A stretch of DNA of 63,233 bases, counting the filler, from Octopus bimaculoides (taxonomy: Eukaryota): the NCBI RefSeq assembly GCF_001194135.2. It is 10 parts of 9 records of this genome, joined end to end, with 100 filler letters (N's around TTAATTAATTAA, not from the genome) between each part and the next. Parts side by side here need not be neighbours in the genome. Positions count along the whole stretch, not along the records: positions 6,493 to 18,964 come from NC_068981.1; positions 19,065 to 30,751 come from NC_068987.1; 8 more parts are not named here. One strand, given 5' to 3'. The number at the start of each line of letters is the position of its first letter. The stretch's first letter is position 1. Made by a program: the position numbers and the translations under genes. The notes under the pieces are model-generated. The model was not told where the DNA came from. It did not search any database and was given only the letters and a program-made list of their open reading frames with translations. Positions 11,990 through 25,215 of the stretch are shown one piece after another.

Positions 11990-12199
11990 GCAAGCTGGCA
12001 GAATCATTAGCATGTTGGATAAAATGCTACGCAGCATTTCTTTTCTAGCTTTACATTCTGAGTTCAAATTCCACCAAAGCTGACTTTGCTTTTCATCCTT
12101 CCAGAGTCAATAAATTAAGTACCAGTCGAACATTAGGATCGATATAATCACCTAACCTCCTCCTCTAAGATTTCAGGCCTTGTGTCTATAATAGAAGGA

Positions 12200-12240
<41 letters not shown>

Positions 12241-12480
12241 CATTATTATTATTATTAAGGTGGTGAGCTGGCAGAATCATTAGCATGCCAGATAAAATGC
12301 GTAGCGACATTTCTTCCAGCTTTATATTCTGAGTTCAAATTCCATTGAGGTTGACTCTGTCTTTCATCCTTCTGGGGTTGATAAAATAAGTACAAGTCAA
12401 GCACTAGGTTCGATGTAATTGTTCCCCCCACCTCAAAATTGTTGGCCTTGTGGCAATATTAGAATTATTATTATTTTTAT
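11990..12480 (+). mobile_element. Two head-to-tail family B SINEs joined by (ATT)n
   Basis: Heads at about 11990 and 12258; (ATT)n at about 12200-12257 and 12460-12495. Confidence 0.85.
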
Positions 12481-13169
12481 TATTTTTATTATTATCATCA
12501 TCATNNNNNNNNNNCATCATCATCATCATCATCATTCAAGTAAGATTTTGGGATGCAAAAACACCACAAGTATGGCTTGTAACTGCTGGGCCCATTTTGT
12601 CTTTTCTCTATTTTCTGAAATCTATAAAAGTTGATACAATGAATACAGTGCCTGTGTTTTTCTAGTTTTCTTGGTTTGGACTAAAATCCTGTTACCATCA
12701 TTTTTCCCTTTCATTCTTATTGGATGGACAAAATAAGTACCAATAACATACCATGATTTATTCACTTCAGTACTCCACACTCCTTTGTGAAAGTTTGGTT
12801 TGGTGCATCATCAAAAGAAATCAATATTCTTTATGAAATGGTTATTTTTATAATATAGTATACAATAATATATTTTCACCTTTATAAGAGAAATATTTGC
12901 CATAGTTTTTTTACTATACTTCCGGCAAATTTAATGTAAATAAATATTAAACATCATATAAACAAACATACTGTGAGGTGCCTTTTCTAAATTACTGATC
13001 ATTATTATTATTAATATTATTATTATTATTATAAAGGCTGGGGTGTTTGATAATATCATGAGTTTCAAACAGAATGTCTTGAAGCCATTTATTCTAGCTC
13101 TGGGTTCAAATCCTGCTGAAGTCAATTTTGCTTTTTCATTCTCTGGGGATCAGAGAAGGTTGAGAAGGT

Positions 13170-13387
13170 CAGTCAAGCCAAGTGAGACCATAGTCATAGC
13201 TGATGCCAGTATCACGTCAATGGCATGTAAAAAGCACCCAGTAAACTCTCAGTATGGTTGGCATTAGGAAGGGCATCCAGCCGTAGAAACTGCACCAAAT
13301 CAGACAAGAATCTGGTACAGCCTTTCAGCTTGCCAGCCCTAGTCAAACTGTCCAACCCATGCTAGCATGGACAATGGACATTAAATT

Positions 13388-13445
<58 letters not shown>
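13170..13445 (+). mobile_element. SINE/LINE tail of RTE type ending in (GAT)n
   Basis: ggttggcattaggaagggcatccagccgtagaaa..caacccatgctagcatgg..(gat)n. Confidence 0.85.
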
Positions 13446-13446
<1 letters not shown>

Positions 13447-14299
13447 AGAATGTTATGATAAAATATCTGTCAAGCTCTGGGGTCAGTGTTATTGACAAAT
13501 TACTCCCTCTTGTCAAGATTACTGGCATTGTGCTGAAGTCAGAAGCTATTATTATCAGTTCAGTTCCTGCCAAGGTCAACCTTGCCTTTCTTCTCTACAG
13601 AGTCAATTGAATACTGGGGTCAACGATTAACCCTCTCCCCTCAAAGTTACTGGCCTTGTTCCTGAATCAGAAACGATTACTGTTAAAGTAATGATGATGG
13701 TGTTGTATCTCTGAAAGCTGGGTCCTTGGATAAGATTGCAATAAATTTCCTGGCAGTAATTAATTCCTTCCGGCTCTTCATTTATGAGTAGTTAAACCTG
13801 AAAGGGTTAACACAGAGATAATCTTTTTCTTTCTTTCTTTCTTTTTGTAAAAATCTCAAGGAGGCATTACTTGTGAGAGGTGTGAATAGCCTCAACCAAC
13901 TGACTTTTGATGGTGGGTGGGGNNNNNNNNNNNNNNNNNNNNNNNNNNNNNNNNNNNNNNNNNNNNNNNNNNNNNNNNNNNNNNNNNNNNNNNNNNNNNN
14001 NNNNNNNNNNNNNNNNNNNNNNNNNNNNNNNNNNNNNNNNNNNNNNNNNNNNNNNNNNNNNNNNNNNNNNNNNNNNNNNNNNNNNNNNNNNNNNNNNNNN
14101 NNNNNNNNNNNNNNNNNNNNNNNNNNNNNNNNNNNNNNNNNNNNNNNNNNNNNNNNNNNNTTATGCCTTTTATTGATTCATCTTTTCTCCTTTTTTTTTA
14201 ACTATTCATTTGTCAAAGGTTTATGTGGTAAAAAAAAATAGTTTTTTAAGTTTCTTTGCTGTTATAACTTTTTTTTTTAGTATTGATCAGTTATTAATC

Positions 14300-14344
<45 letters not shown>

Positions 14345-14579
14345 TAATAATAATAATATCAGTATTTCTGAATTAATAATGATAATAATAATGATAAAAA
14401 TTCCTTTTATTGGCCATGAGGGTTCAAGAAGTTGGGAAAATAAATCTAAAGAAAAAACCATAAAAATAACAGTGGAGAGTTCACATCAAGTAAAAGGGCG
14501 AGATCAACATTAGTAATAAAGGGACATTAATAAATGACATTAACAATATAGAATGACAAAGTAACAAGAAGAAAGAATC

Positions 14580-14900
14580 CCTTAAATGGTGGGTTTAATC
14601 ATTTAGGGTAGTTTGGAGAAAGCTACATAAAACCCCAGTTTACCGTGACACACTGTTAGCAAGTACCTTCCTCCAGTTGTTGTTGCCAACTTTCAGCCAC
14701 ATTGTTAGTCTCTCATAAAATTTACTGGAGAGAAGTGTCATCCACTCTACTCTCAACTTGCTCTGAAGAAGTTGATGGGTACATGACCTGAGAGGAAAGC
14801 CTTGTCTTCAAGCCTTGCCGTCCACATCTGTCACACAACTTCCTTTGCTGTGGGCATCAGGAAAGGGAAGTTTGCTTTTCTTTTCCAGTACACTTGACTT
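14580..14900 (-). mobile_element. LINE 3' relic, same family as 2560-2835 (tentative)
   Basis: Minus-strand QMWTARLEDKAFLSGHVPINFF..KLRVE..LSSKFYER; heavily degenerate. Confidence 0.45.
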
Positions 14901-15539
14901 AATAGCTGAATGTTCTATGTGTGATAATGGCTGTTCAACATAAACACATAAATCAGTAATGCACTGCACAGACACCCAACAACTACAACACTAAATGAAT
15001 ATATACTGGATGGCTTCAACACTCTGTGCACACTTCTAACAAGTTCATTTGCTGTCAGCTCCAACACTCCTATTCCTCAAAAGTTTATTCAGAACAAGCA
15101 ATGCTTTCCAAGAGCACTGCTAGATGAAAGGTTTTTGAAAATTTTTCATATTTCCATATCTAATAGTTCTCCAGAACATTACTACTTAGATTGTACTTGT
15201 CAGCACCAACAATTGTTTCCAGGTCATTACATGACCTCTGCACTATGAAGGTATGAAAGTTATATATACTTCTAGATCTAAATTACTTGCAGTTTAGAGT
15301 TTAATTTATCTTAATCTCACACCATGTGTAATGTGTTTTGCAGATATAGTTCAAATTTAAAAAAAAAAAATTCAGATATATGTATGAAACTTATCGCCAT
15401 ATATCAGTGATAGCAAACATTTGACATACATATCTATAGTGACAGTGATATGTCACAGATTTTTAGGTGACAAGCAATGGACTTTAACAAATATCTTGCC
15501 ATATCATGTCATAAAAAGCTTATCCATAAGCATTCATAT

Positions 15540-15812
15540 TAAACCAAAATATGAGTGGATTTGGTAGACGGAAGCTGAAAGAAGCCTGTCGTATATATAT
15601 ATATGTATGTGTGTGTGTTTATGTTTGTGTGTCTGTGTTTGTCCCCCCCCCCCGATGATGGTGTGTTTACGTCCCCGTAACCTAGCGGTTCAGCAAAAGA
15701 CACTGGTAGAATAAGTACTAGGCTTCCAAAGAATAAGTCCTGGGATCGATTTGCTCGACTAAAAGGCGGTGCTCCAGCATGGCCGCAGTCAAATGACTGA
15801 AACAAGTAAAAG
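15540..15812 (+). mobile_element. SINE family A, 5'-truncated
   Basis: gagtggatttggtagacggaagctgaaagaagcc through aaatgactgaaacaagtaaaaga. Confidence 0.9.
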
Positions 15813-16099
15813 AATATGTGAAAGGCATTCCAACAACAAAATTATTGAAGAAATTTTAATTTTGACAAAGCAGGTCAAAATGATTTGTTTGTGAAACTGC
15901 AGAGAAAACCACCAAATGGCAGTAGATTAAGAGAGATAATCTGTGGACTGTTACTGCTGAGATGCAAGTCAGGGTGTAATTTACTTCAACTGGGTTACCT
16001 GGGCAAAAGTATCTGATGTTGAAAGACCTGAAAACCTGATGATCTCAGGACACATTGCTGATGATGTCTCAGATCATTCACATGAGTTTTGCCCACATA

Positions 16100-16690
16100 T
16101 AGCCACAGGCATGACTGTGGTTAAGAAGCTCACTTTCCAGCCATGTGGTTTTGGATTCTGTCCCACTGTGTGGCACCTTAGGCTTGTGTCTTTTACTATA
16201 CACCTGGGCCAACCACTGTTTTGTGTATAAATTTGGAAACTGTGTAGAAGCTCATTGTGTGTGTGCATCTGTTTCTGTGTTTATCCCCCTCTCTCTTTAC
16301 TTGACAACTGTTGTTGGTTTGTTTATGTTCCTATAACTTAGTGATTCATCAAAAGAATAGAATACGTACCAGACTTCAAAAGTAAATACAGGGGTTTTGT
16401 TAGACTGTGGTCATACTGGGGCACTACCTTGAAGGGTTTAGTTGAACAAATCGACCCCTTTGTGGGATGTAAACAAACCAACACTGGTTGTCAAATTCTG
16501 GTGGATGAGAAACTCAGATGCACACACACACATGACGAGCTTCTACACAATTCTTGTTTGCCTTCACTCACAAGGCATTAGTCAGCCTGGGGCTATAATA
16601 GAAGATACTTGCTTAAGATGCTGTGCAGTAGGATTGAACCCAGTACCACATGGTTGCAAAGTGAACTTCTTAACCAAGAGCCATGCCTGC
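16100..16690. mobile_element. Two degenerate family A SINEs tail-to-tail (+ 16100-16440, - 16450-16690)
   Basis: Recognisable heads and cores in opposite orientations. Confidence 0.7.
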
Positions 16691-16709
16691 ACTTATATGC
16701 AAGAAAATA

Positions 16710-17335
16710 TCATGAATTGGCAGAGTTGCTAGAACACCTAATAAAAAAACATAAAAAAAGGAAAAACTTTTAGCATCTATTTTGGCTCATTACACTCTGA
16801 GTTCAAATCCTGTTGCAGGCAGTATTATCTTTCATCCCCTTGGGATTGATAAAATAAAGTATCGGTCAAGTATTGAGATTGATATTATCAACAGCTCCCT
16901 TCTCCATCAATTCCAGGTCTTATGACTTTGTTAGAAATATGTGAGTGGTGGATTGGAGGAGTCGGTAGAGCATTGAAGAAAATGCTCTGTGGTATTTGTT
17001 CTGGTGCTTTACATTCTGAGTTCAAACTTGGCTGCATCAACTTTGCTTTTCACTCTTCTATGGGGAGAAGGGGAGTCAATAGTATAAAGTATCAGTGAAG
17101 TACTAGAGGCAATAATATTCTTTTCTACTCTAGGCACAAGGCCCAAAATTTTTGGGGAGGGGGTGGGGCAGTCCATTAGACCCCAGTATGCAACTGGTAC
17201 TTAATTTATCGACCCCGAAAGGATGAAAGGCAAAGTTGACCTCAGCGGAATTTGAACTCAGAATGTAAAGACAAACGAAATACCGCGAAGCATTTCGCCG
17301 GGCGTGCTAACATTTTTGCCAGCTCTCCGCCTTCA
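16710..17335. mobile_element. Family B SINE cluster (two degenerate + copies, one - copy at 17125-17335)
   Basis: Core motifs and head ctccgccttc. Confidence 0.75.
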
Positions 17336-17384
17336 GGAGACAATAATATTGACTATGACTCTCGCTCTAAATTTCTAGCCTCGT

Positions 17385-17385
17385 G

Positions 17386-17430
<45 letters not shown>

Positions 17431-17700
17431 TTAATGTCTGCTTTCCATGCTGGCATGGGTTGGATGATTTGATCGGAGCTGGCCAGCTGGAGGGCTGTCT
17501 CAGGTTGAAGTCATCTGTTTTGACATGGTTTCTATGGCTGGATATCCTTTCTGATGCCAATCATTTACAGAGTGTACTGGGTGCTTTTTACACGGTGCTG
17601 ACATGGGTAGCTTTTGTGCAGGGGAGGCACAGGTACCTGTTACATGGTGCTAGTATGGATGCTTTTTACATGGTGCCAGCATAGGTACTTGTTACGTGGA
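17385..17700 (-). mobile_element. RTE-tail SINE with (CAT)n tail
   Basis: (cat)n ttaatgtctgctttccatgctggcatgggttggatg.. Confidence 0.8.
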
Positions 17701-17739
17701 TGGTGATGTACCTATTTCAGAAATAATTGTTCTTGTTTT

Positions 17740-17916
17740 AGTAGCAGCAACAGTAGTAGTGGTGGTGGTAGTGGTTGTAATAGTAGTAGTAGTGATGGTA
17801 GTGAGAATGCTAGTAATGTTGGTAGTAGTAGTATAGTAGTAGTGGTGATAGTAGTAATTGTGATAACAGTAGTGATGGTTGTAGTAGCAATAGTGAATAG
17901 TAGTGGTGGTGGTAGC

Positions 17917-17950
<34 letters not shown>

Positions 17951-18045
17951 ATAGTAGAAGTGGTTGTGGTGGTAGAATTCTGTTGGTTAGACACAAGGTA
18001 GTAGTAGTAGTTGCAATAGCAGCAGAAGTAGTATTATTACTGTAG
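17740..18045. repeat. Degenerate (TAG/TGG)n trinucleotide tract
   Basis: Read directly; source of the poly-T, poly-L and poly-S ORFs. Confidence 0.9.
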
Positions 18046-18113
18046 ACTAGATGCAAGCTAATTTTATTAGGAAGGTACAACCAAGTGACTCACTGACTTT
18101 CTCAAACTTTACA

Positions 18114-18146
<33 letters not shown>

Positions 18147-18534
18147 TAGGAGAGTTTCTGCCTCACAGAAGCATTGCTCATTCTATTGTCATACTATATT
18201 CAATAAATGTGACCATCCCTTTCGCTTTGAAAAAAAAAAAGAATAGATGTTTGAAGTCAAGTTGGCATCTATTACAAGTGTAGGATATTCAATGTTCCGC
18301 GTAATTGACCGATATCGTAATATATCCGAAGAGAAAATAATTCCATCCAATCCCTTGAAGGAAAATAATTAAATTGAAAACTCCAAATCTAAGCCATATC
18401 AGTTGCTGCAGAGAGGGACGGTTAATCATATAAATTAATCTGATCTACCAGTGTTGCAGCCACTCATTTATTTTGGGTCTTAGAAAATTATTTCAGGTTC
18501 ACAAATCACTGTTTATTGATATGAATATTTTATT

Positions 18535-18964
18535 TCATCATCATCATCATCGTCGTCGTTTAACGTCCGCTTTCCATGCTAGCATGGGTTGGACGATTTG
18601 ACTGAGAACTGGCAAGCCAGCAGGCTGCATCAGGCTCCAATCTGATCTGGCAGAGTTTCTACAGCTGAATGCCCTTCCTAACGCCAACCACTCCGAGAGT
18701 GTAGTGGGTGTTTTTACGTGCCACCGACACGAGGGCCAGTCAGGCAGTACTGGCAACGGCCACGCTCGAAATAGTGTATTTTATGTGCCACCTGCACACG
18801 GGCCAGTCCTATATATCATCATCATCATCATCATCGTCGTTTAACGTCCGCTTTCCATGCTAGCATGGGTTGGACGATTTGACTGAGGACTGGTGAAACC
18901 GGATGGCAACACCAGGCTTCAATCTAATTTGGCAGAGTTTCTACAGCTGGATGCCCTTCCTAAC
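18535..18964 (-). mobile_element. Two tandem young RTE-tail SINE copies
   Basis: (cat)n cgtcgtttaacgtccgctttccatgctagcatgggttggacgatttgactgag occurs at about 18550 and 18835. Confidence 0.88.
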
Positions 18965-19254
18965 NNNNNNNNNNNNNNNNNNNNNNNNNNNNNNNNNNNN
19001 NNNNNNNNTTAATTAATTAANNNNNNNNNNNNNNNNNNNNNNNNNNNNNNNNNNNNNNNNNNNNAGTAATATCATACACTTTAGCTATATAACTCATCCA
19101 GTTTTGAATATCATCTTTGTTCCAATATTTTGGAAGTTTCATGGACCAACCACATATACAGTTATCTGTGGAATGAATTAAAGAGAAGATTGAATTATAA
19201 ACTTGGCAGTATTAAATATAAGAAAAAAATTTTAAAGATACATTTATATAAAGT

Positions 19255-19480
19255 TTGTTTTGTTATGGAGTGTCAGAAGTGACAAAACTAAATAAAAGAA
19301 AAATAGAAAAATTATTAGACACCACCAAAGGGAGAAATGTAAAATATTTTGAACATTTAATTAGGAAAGAATAAATGGTTTTACATAGACTCTTAATAGA
19401 TGGAAAAACTAATGGGAAGAAAGGAAGAGGAAAACCAAGAAAAATACTGTGAGTGTAAAAGAACAGCACAAAAATGATCA
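19255..19480 (+). mobile_element. RTE (BovB-like) LINE 3' coding relic
   Basis: RNVKYFEHLIRKE*MVLHRLLIDGKTNGKKGRGKPRK resembles the RTE C-terminal motif LKYFGH..GKIEGKRRRGRP. Confidence 0.78.
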
Positions 19481-21074
19481 AGGTACAATAATAAACTTAG
19501 TGGTAGAAAACAATACCTGATGATGCTGATGATGGTACAAGTGGATGAAACAGGCCCTCTAAAGCTTCCACTGATCAGGGTTGGCCATGCAATACCTGAA
19601 CTTGGAAAGTTTGTCCAAGGTACAATCTAGACAAGATTTTTATATGGAATATCAGCAGTTGCCCATCGAACAGGCTCTTCCCTCAAATTAACTGATGTTA
19701 TTCAAGGAAAAGGCAGGGCCAATACAACTTGGTACAAATGTTGTTGCATGTGAACTCAGAACATAAGCAGGAATAAACACTTTGAGGTATTTTGTCTAAT
19801 GATCCCATAATTTTTTTACCAACCTGCCAAACTGGACTAGTAATTTATTTTATTAACCTCAGAGGGATGAAAAACATGTTGATTTTGATGGGGTTTGAAC
19901 TTATAAATGTAGGGAGTTGAAACAATATCTGCAAGATATTTTGTTCAATTTTCTAACAATTCTGCCAATGCACCACCCCATAACTATATCCCGACCCCTG
20001 TCCTTTGGAGACATGAAATCAGCTCTAAGCTAATGAGATGCTTGTTAATTATGAATGCTCCTACTGCTTTTAATGGTATCACTTATTTGTTTATAACTTT
20101 TGTGGCAACAGAATTTCTCCCTTTTCCTCACTCTCAGATTAAGAACAAAGCCAAATGAATTATTCTTCCTAGCATTTGAAACTTCCACACACTTCTATTG
20201 ATGACTGTTGACCTTTATGTAGAACATCACCAAAGCCATCAGATTTCATATTTCACCCAATCAATTTAAAGTTTAGTAAACTGGACCATGCATGAGTTAA
20301 ATATATTTTCATTAGGGTTTATGCTACATTACTAGGATATGAACTGTCTTTCTCTCAGTTAACAGTCTGATAGCCTATTGACTAGTTTAGCTGTGATTCT
20401 TCATGGAAGTTAAACTGATAAAGGAGAGAGGGTTGTGTTTAAATCTAATACAATTTTCCTGTAGATCAAACTGATTCTAATCTCTAAAATATATCAACGT
20501 TTTATCCTTTTCTGGGAGATGATTAGAAGTGGCCAGTTAGAAAGAGTCCTTTTTCTATATCAATTTAGCATACTTTCTCATTGTTAAAAGGATTTTAATG
20601 TCTGCAGTTCAGCACTCAGGTTTTTATCATCTTCGCAAGGCATCTCACCTAACATTCTAGCAGTTCTACCAATCTGCCTATAAAGTGGCTGAGTCAAAGT
20701 GTTGGATAGAATGCCTGGCAGTATTTGCTCCAACTGAGTTCTGAGTTCAAATACTGCTGAAGACAACCTTATCTTTCATCTTTCAAGGTTAATGAAAAGT
20801 ATTAATAATCATTTCTCACATTCGCATGAGATTGCAAATTTGAAGAGAAAGCTCACTTGATCAACCCCTAGTACTTTATGGTAAGTATTTTATTTATCCA
20901 AGTGATGTTCTGCATTTAGAATTTAAAGGGAAATCTAACCAACATCCATAGGACATTTTATCAATCACTACAATTTCTGCCACCCATTACTACTATTACT
21001 ACTACTGATAATAATAATAATGATAATGATAATAATGATAATGATAATAATAATAATGATAATAATCATCATCC

Positions 21075-21440
21075 TTTCTACTGGAGGCACAAGGCCTCAG
21101 ATTTGTGGGATTGGGACTAGTTGATTACATCAACCCAGTGTTTCACTGGTACTTAATTTAGTGTCCCTGAAAGGATGAAAAGCAAAGTCAATCTTGGTGG
21201 AATTTGAACTCAGAACGTGAAGACAGACAATATACTGCTAAGCATTTTGCCCAGAGTGCTAATGACTCTACCAGCTTGCTATCTTAGTAATAATAATAAC
21301 AATAATAATAATATTCCTTTCTTTTAAAGGCACAAGCCTGAAATTTTGGGTGGAGGGTACTAGTTGATTACATCAGCCCCAGTGTTTCACTAGTACTTAA
21401 TTTATTGACACCAATAGGATGAAAGGCAAAGTCATCCTTT
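21075..21440 (-). mobile_element. Two tandem family B SINEs separated by (AAT)n
   Basis: Repeated cctttct..aggcacaaggcc..gaaaggatgaaaggcaaagtc. Confidence 0.8.
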
Positions 21441-21469
21441 ACTCTTTCTGTTTCAAAATTAATAATAAT

Positions 21470-21810
21470 GTTCATCTATCATTGTCAATGATGACCAAAG
21501 ACATCACATCAGAGAAGAAGGATCACAATGTGTCTGGCTGTGGTCAATCAGTCTGATGCATGTTCAGAACGCTCTGTGGCAGGTCAGACACTGGTGGTCT
21601 ACTGGGAGCAAAGGTAAGATGTTGGCTCTGGACTTGCACAGCTCAAATTTTCTTCATGCTCCAGTGATCCCTTTCTATCCATTGGAGGTAGCACCTCTGT
21701 TGGTGCTGCGATGCCTGGCAGGGAAGTCCTGAGCTTGCATGTCATAAGTAACAAAATAGAGAACCAGTAATGTAACAAAATCTTTTCAATAGGGTCATGG
21801 CTTTCTGACT
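21470..21810 (-). mobile_element. RTE LINE 3' end relic with C-terminal zinc-finger motif
   Basis: Minus-strand frames AQDFPARHRSTNRGA and HQCLTCHRAF*TCIRLIDHSQTH (C2H2-like). Confidence 0.72.
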
Positions 21811-24779
21811 NNNNNNNNNNNNNNNNNNNNNNNNNNNNNNNNNNNNNNNNNNNNNNNNNNNNNNNNNNNNNNNNNNNNNNNNNNNNNNNNNNNNNNNNNN
21901 NNNNNNNNNNNNNNNNNNNNNNNNNNNNNNNNNNNNNNNNNNNNNNNNNNNNNNNNNNNNNNNNNNNNNNNNNNNNNNNNNNNNNNNNNNNNNNNNNNNN
22001 NNNNNNNNNNNNNNNNNNNNNNNNNNNNNNNNNNNNNNNNNNNNNNNNNNNNNNNNNNNNNNNNNNNNNNNNNNNNNNNNNNNNNNNNNNNNNNNNNNNN
22101 NNNNNNNNNNNNNNNNNNNNNNNNNNNNNNNNNNNNNNNNNNNNNNNNNNNNNNNNNNNNNNNNNNNNNNNNNNNNNNNNNNNNNNNNNNNNNNNNNNNN
22201 NNNNNNNNNNNNNNNNNNNNNNNNNNNNNNNNNNNNNNNNNNNNNNNNNNNNNNNNNNNNNNNNNNNNNNNNNNNNNNNNNNNNNNNNNNNNNNNNNNNN
22301 NNNNNNNNNNNNNNNNNNNNNNNNNNNNNNNNNNNNNNNNNNNNNNNNNNNNNNNNNNNNNNNNNNNNNNNNNNNNNNNNNNNNNNNNNNNNNNNNNNNN
22401 NNNNNNNNNNNNNNNNNNNNNNNNNNNNNNNNNNNNNNNNNNNNNNNNNNNNNNNNNNNNNNNNNNNNNNNNNNNNNNNNNNNNNNNNNNNNNNNNNNNN
22501 NNNNNNNNNNNNNNNNNNNNNNNNNNNNNNNNNNNNNNNNNNNNNNNNNNNNNNNNNNNNNNNNNNNNNNNNNNNNNNNNNNNNNNNNNNNNNNNNNNNN
22601 NNNNNNNTAATAGATTTTCATGAAATGAACTGTCGTTATTTTCAGTTTTTATATCAAAATTCTTTTCTGCTCCTTTGTCTTGGTTCTCATATTCAGGTAA
22701 ATCAAGTGAAGACACCTTTTCCATGTTTGTCTTGGTTCCTGTAACATTAACATATTTAAATGACGACTTTAAGACAAAATAAATTATTGTAAAATTCTCT
22801 ATAACGATTAATTGAGAAAAAGTGGTAAAAATGAAGCATTGATGGTTCAGTGGTAGAATGCTCGCCTGCCATGTGGGTGGTTTGGGTTTGATTCCAGTCG
22901 ATGCATTGTTTACTTTCATTTTTTTCAAGGCAGTGCCCCATATGGCAGCAGTCTAATGACTAAAACAAGTAAAAGATAAAAAGAACAATTTTTTATCTGG
23001 GGTTCCTTGCAAGTGTGTTCTACCTGACTACTTAATCTGCTAGAAACAGCAGCTAAATCTCTCGAAACACATCCTACTTAGTTTAACAGCCTGCAAGAAA
23101 TAACACTCAAATCTCACTCCAAATATCTCCTACTATGTGAAAAAGGGACACATTAGGTAATAGATGCACTGCTTCATTAGAGATGGATTGGAGATAGCTG
23201 GGTAGCCTTTAAGCATAAGTCTGTTCATTTAGAATTCAGTTGGGGATTAAAGAAAAACCTCAAAAAAAAAAAAAGAAAATAGGAAGGGCATCCAGCTGTA
23301 AAAATCATGCTAAAACAGACAGTGAAGCCTGGTGCATTTTTCTAGCTTGTCAGCTCCTATCAAGCCATCCAACACATGCCAGCATGGATAAACAGATATT
23401 AAATGATGACGATGAATGGGGAAATGTTGTAAGTTATCCAGAAATATTTTCAAGATAAACCTGAAGAGTTTCTACTTTTAAACATTTTTTATAACTCATC
23501 TAAATGTTGACTACATTTCACTAGCTATGAAATTATATGAAATTACATGAAATTATATATGGAAGGTTTTGAGTTAAATATCAAAACACAGCTACATATA
23601 TTTTCTCAATCTTGCCAGTCATCTTCTTTGCAGTTCTTATTACTCAGTGTCTTATCATTTTATTACATAAATTTAACTTATAAAATTGTCCATATCAGTA
23701 GAAAGTTTCAGTTGGTCAAGAAGAAATAATAGCTTGTTGATTAATTTTTCTTAGATATACAACAGAAAATTGACATCTAAAGCAAAATATAATTTGTACA
23801 TACATAAATATATGCACACACATACATACTGAAACATAAATATGAAGGGTAAAATTTAAAAAAACCTTTCATTTAGTGTCAAATAGTAACAGAAAATCTT
23901 CAAACCTGCATTAATATANNNNNNNNNNNNNNNNNNNNNNNNNNNNNNNNNNNNNNNNNNNNNNNNNNNNNNNNNNNNNNNNNNNNNNNNNNNNNNNNNN
24001 NNNNNNNNNNNNNNNNNNNNNNNNNNNNNNNNNNNNNNNNNNNNNNNNNNNNNNNNNNNNNNNNNNNNNNNNNNNNNNNNNNNNNNNNNNNNNNNNNNNN
24101 NNNNNNNNNNNNNNNNNNNNNNNNNNNNNNNNNNNNNNNNNNNNNNNNNNNNNNNNNNNNNNNNNNNNNNNNNNNNNNNNNNNNNNNNNNNNNNNNNNNN
24201 NNNNNNNNNNNNNNNNNNNNNNNNNNNNNNNNNNNNNNNNNNNNNNNNNNNNNNNNNNNNNNNNNNNNNNNNNNNNNNNNNNNNNNNNNNNNNNNNNNNN
24301 NNNNNNNNNNNNNNNNNNNNNNNNNNNNNNNNNNNNNNNNNNNNNNNNNNNNNNNNNNNNNNNNNNNNNNNNNNNNNNNNNNNNNNNNNNNNNNNNNNNN
24401 NNNNNNNNNNNNNNNNNNNNNNNNNNNNNNNNNNNNNNNNNNNNNNNNNNNNNNNNNNNNNNNNNNNNNNNNNNNNNNNNNNNNNNNNNNNNNNNNNNNN
24501 NNNNNNNNNNNNNNNNNNNNNNNNNNNNNNNNNNNNNNNNNNNNNNNNNNNNNNNNNNNNNNNNNNNNNNNNNNNNNNNNNNNNNNNNNNNNNNNNNNNN
24601 NNNNATATATATATATATATATATATATAATTTTATTATATATATGTATGTATATATAGACGTCAGTAAAGTGACCAAGGGTACTAGTTAGCACTTTTGT
24701 CACTATAGTGATGTCTATAGTTCAGCCTTTTGGTTGTAAATTGCAAAGCCACCTTAATTATTTATTATCATTACACACA

Positions 24780-25171
24780 CACACACACGACGGGCTTCTT
24801 TCAGTTTCTGTCTACCAAATCTACTCACAGCCTGAGGCTGTAGTAGAAGACACTTGCCCAAAGTGCCACGCAGTGGGATTGAACCTGGAACCATGTGGTT
24901 GGGAAGCACACTTCTTACCACACTGCCATTCCTGCGCCTATATACACTTTGTTGAGTGGTGGGTCCACACTGCTGAGTGGTTGATTCACTCTGCTGGGTA
25001 GTTGGGTCCACTCTGCTGGGTGGTTCGGTCCACTCTGCCGGGTGGTTGGTGTTAGGAAGGGCATCCAGCTGTAAAAACCCTACCAAAACAGACACAGAAG
25101 TCTGGTGCAGGTTCCTGCCTGGCCAGCTCTTGTCAAACCATCCAATCCATGCCAGCATGGAAGGCAGATCA

Positions 25172-25175
<4 letters not shown>
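24780..25175. mobile_element. Family A head (-, 24780-24940) next to an RTE-tail SINE (+, 24950-25175) with a tandem 20-bp motif
   Basis: ccactctgctgggtggttgg repeated about 4-5 times before ttaggaagggcatccagc. Confidence 0.75.

Positions 25176-25215
<40 letters not shown>

Noticed and set aside
15215-15256. tttccAG..GAAG-GTATGA 28-nt exon candidate as the next GRIP exon
   Set aside because: The phase-1 frame hits TGA and does not encode the expected GxDKD
20410-20470. Peptide GERVVF resembling the end of GRIP PDZ1 (GERVVLEVEY)
   Set aside because: No upstream PDZ similarity, no suitable splice sites, and an in-frame stop soon after
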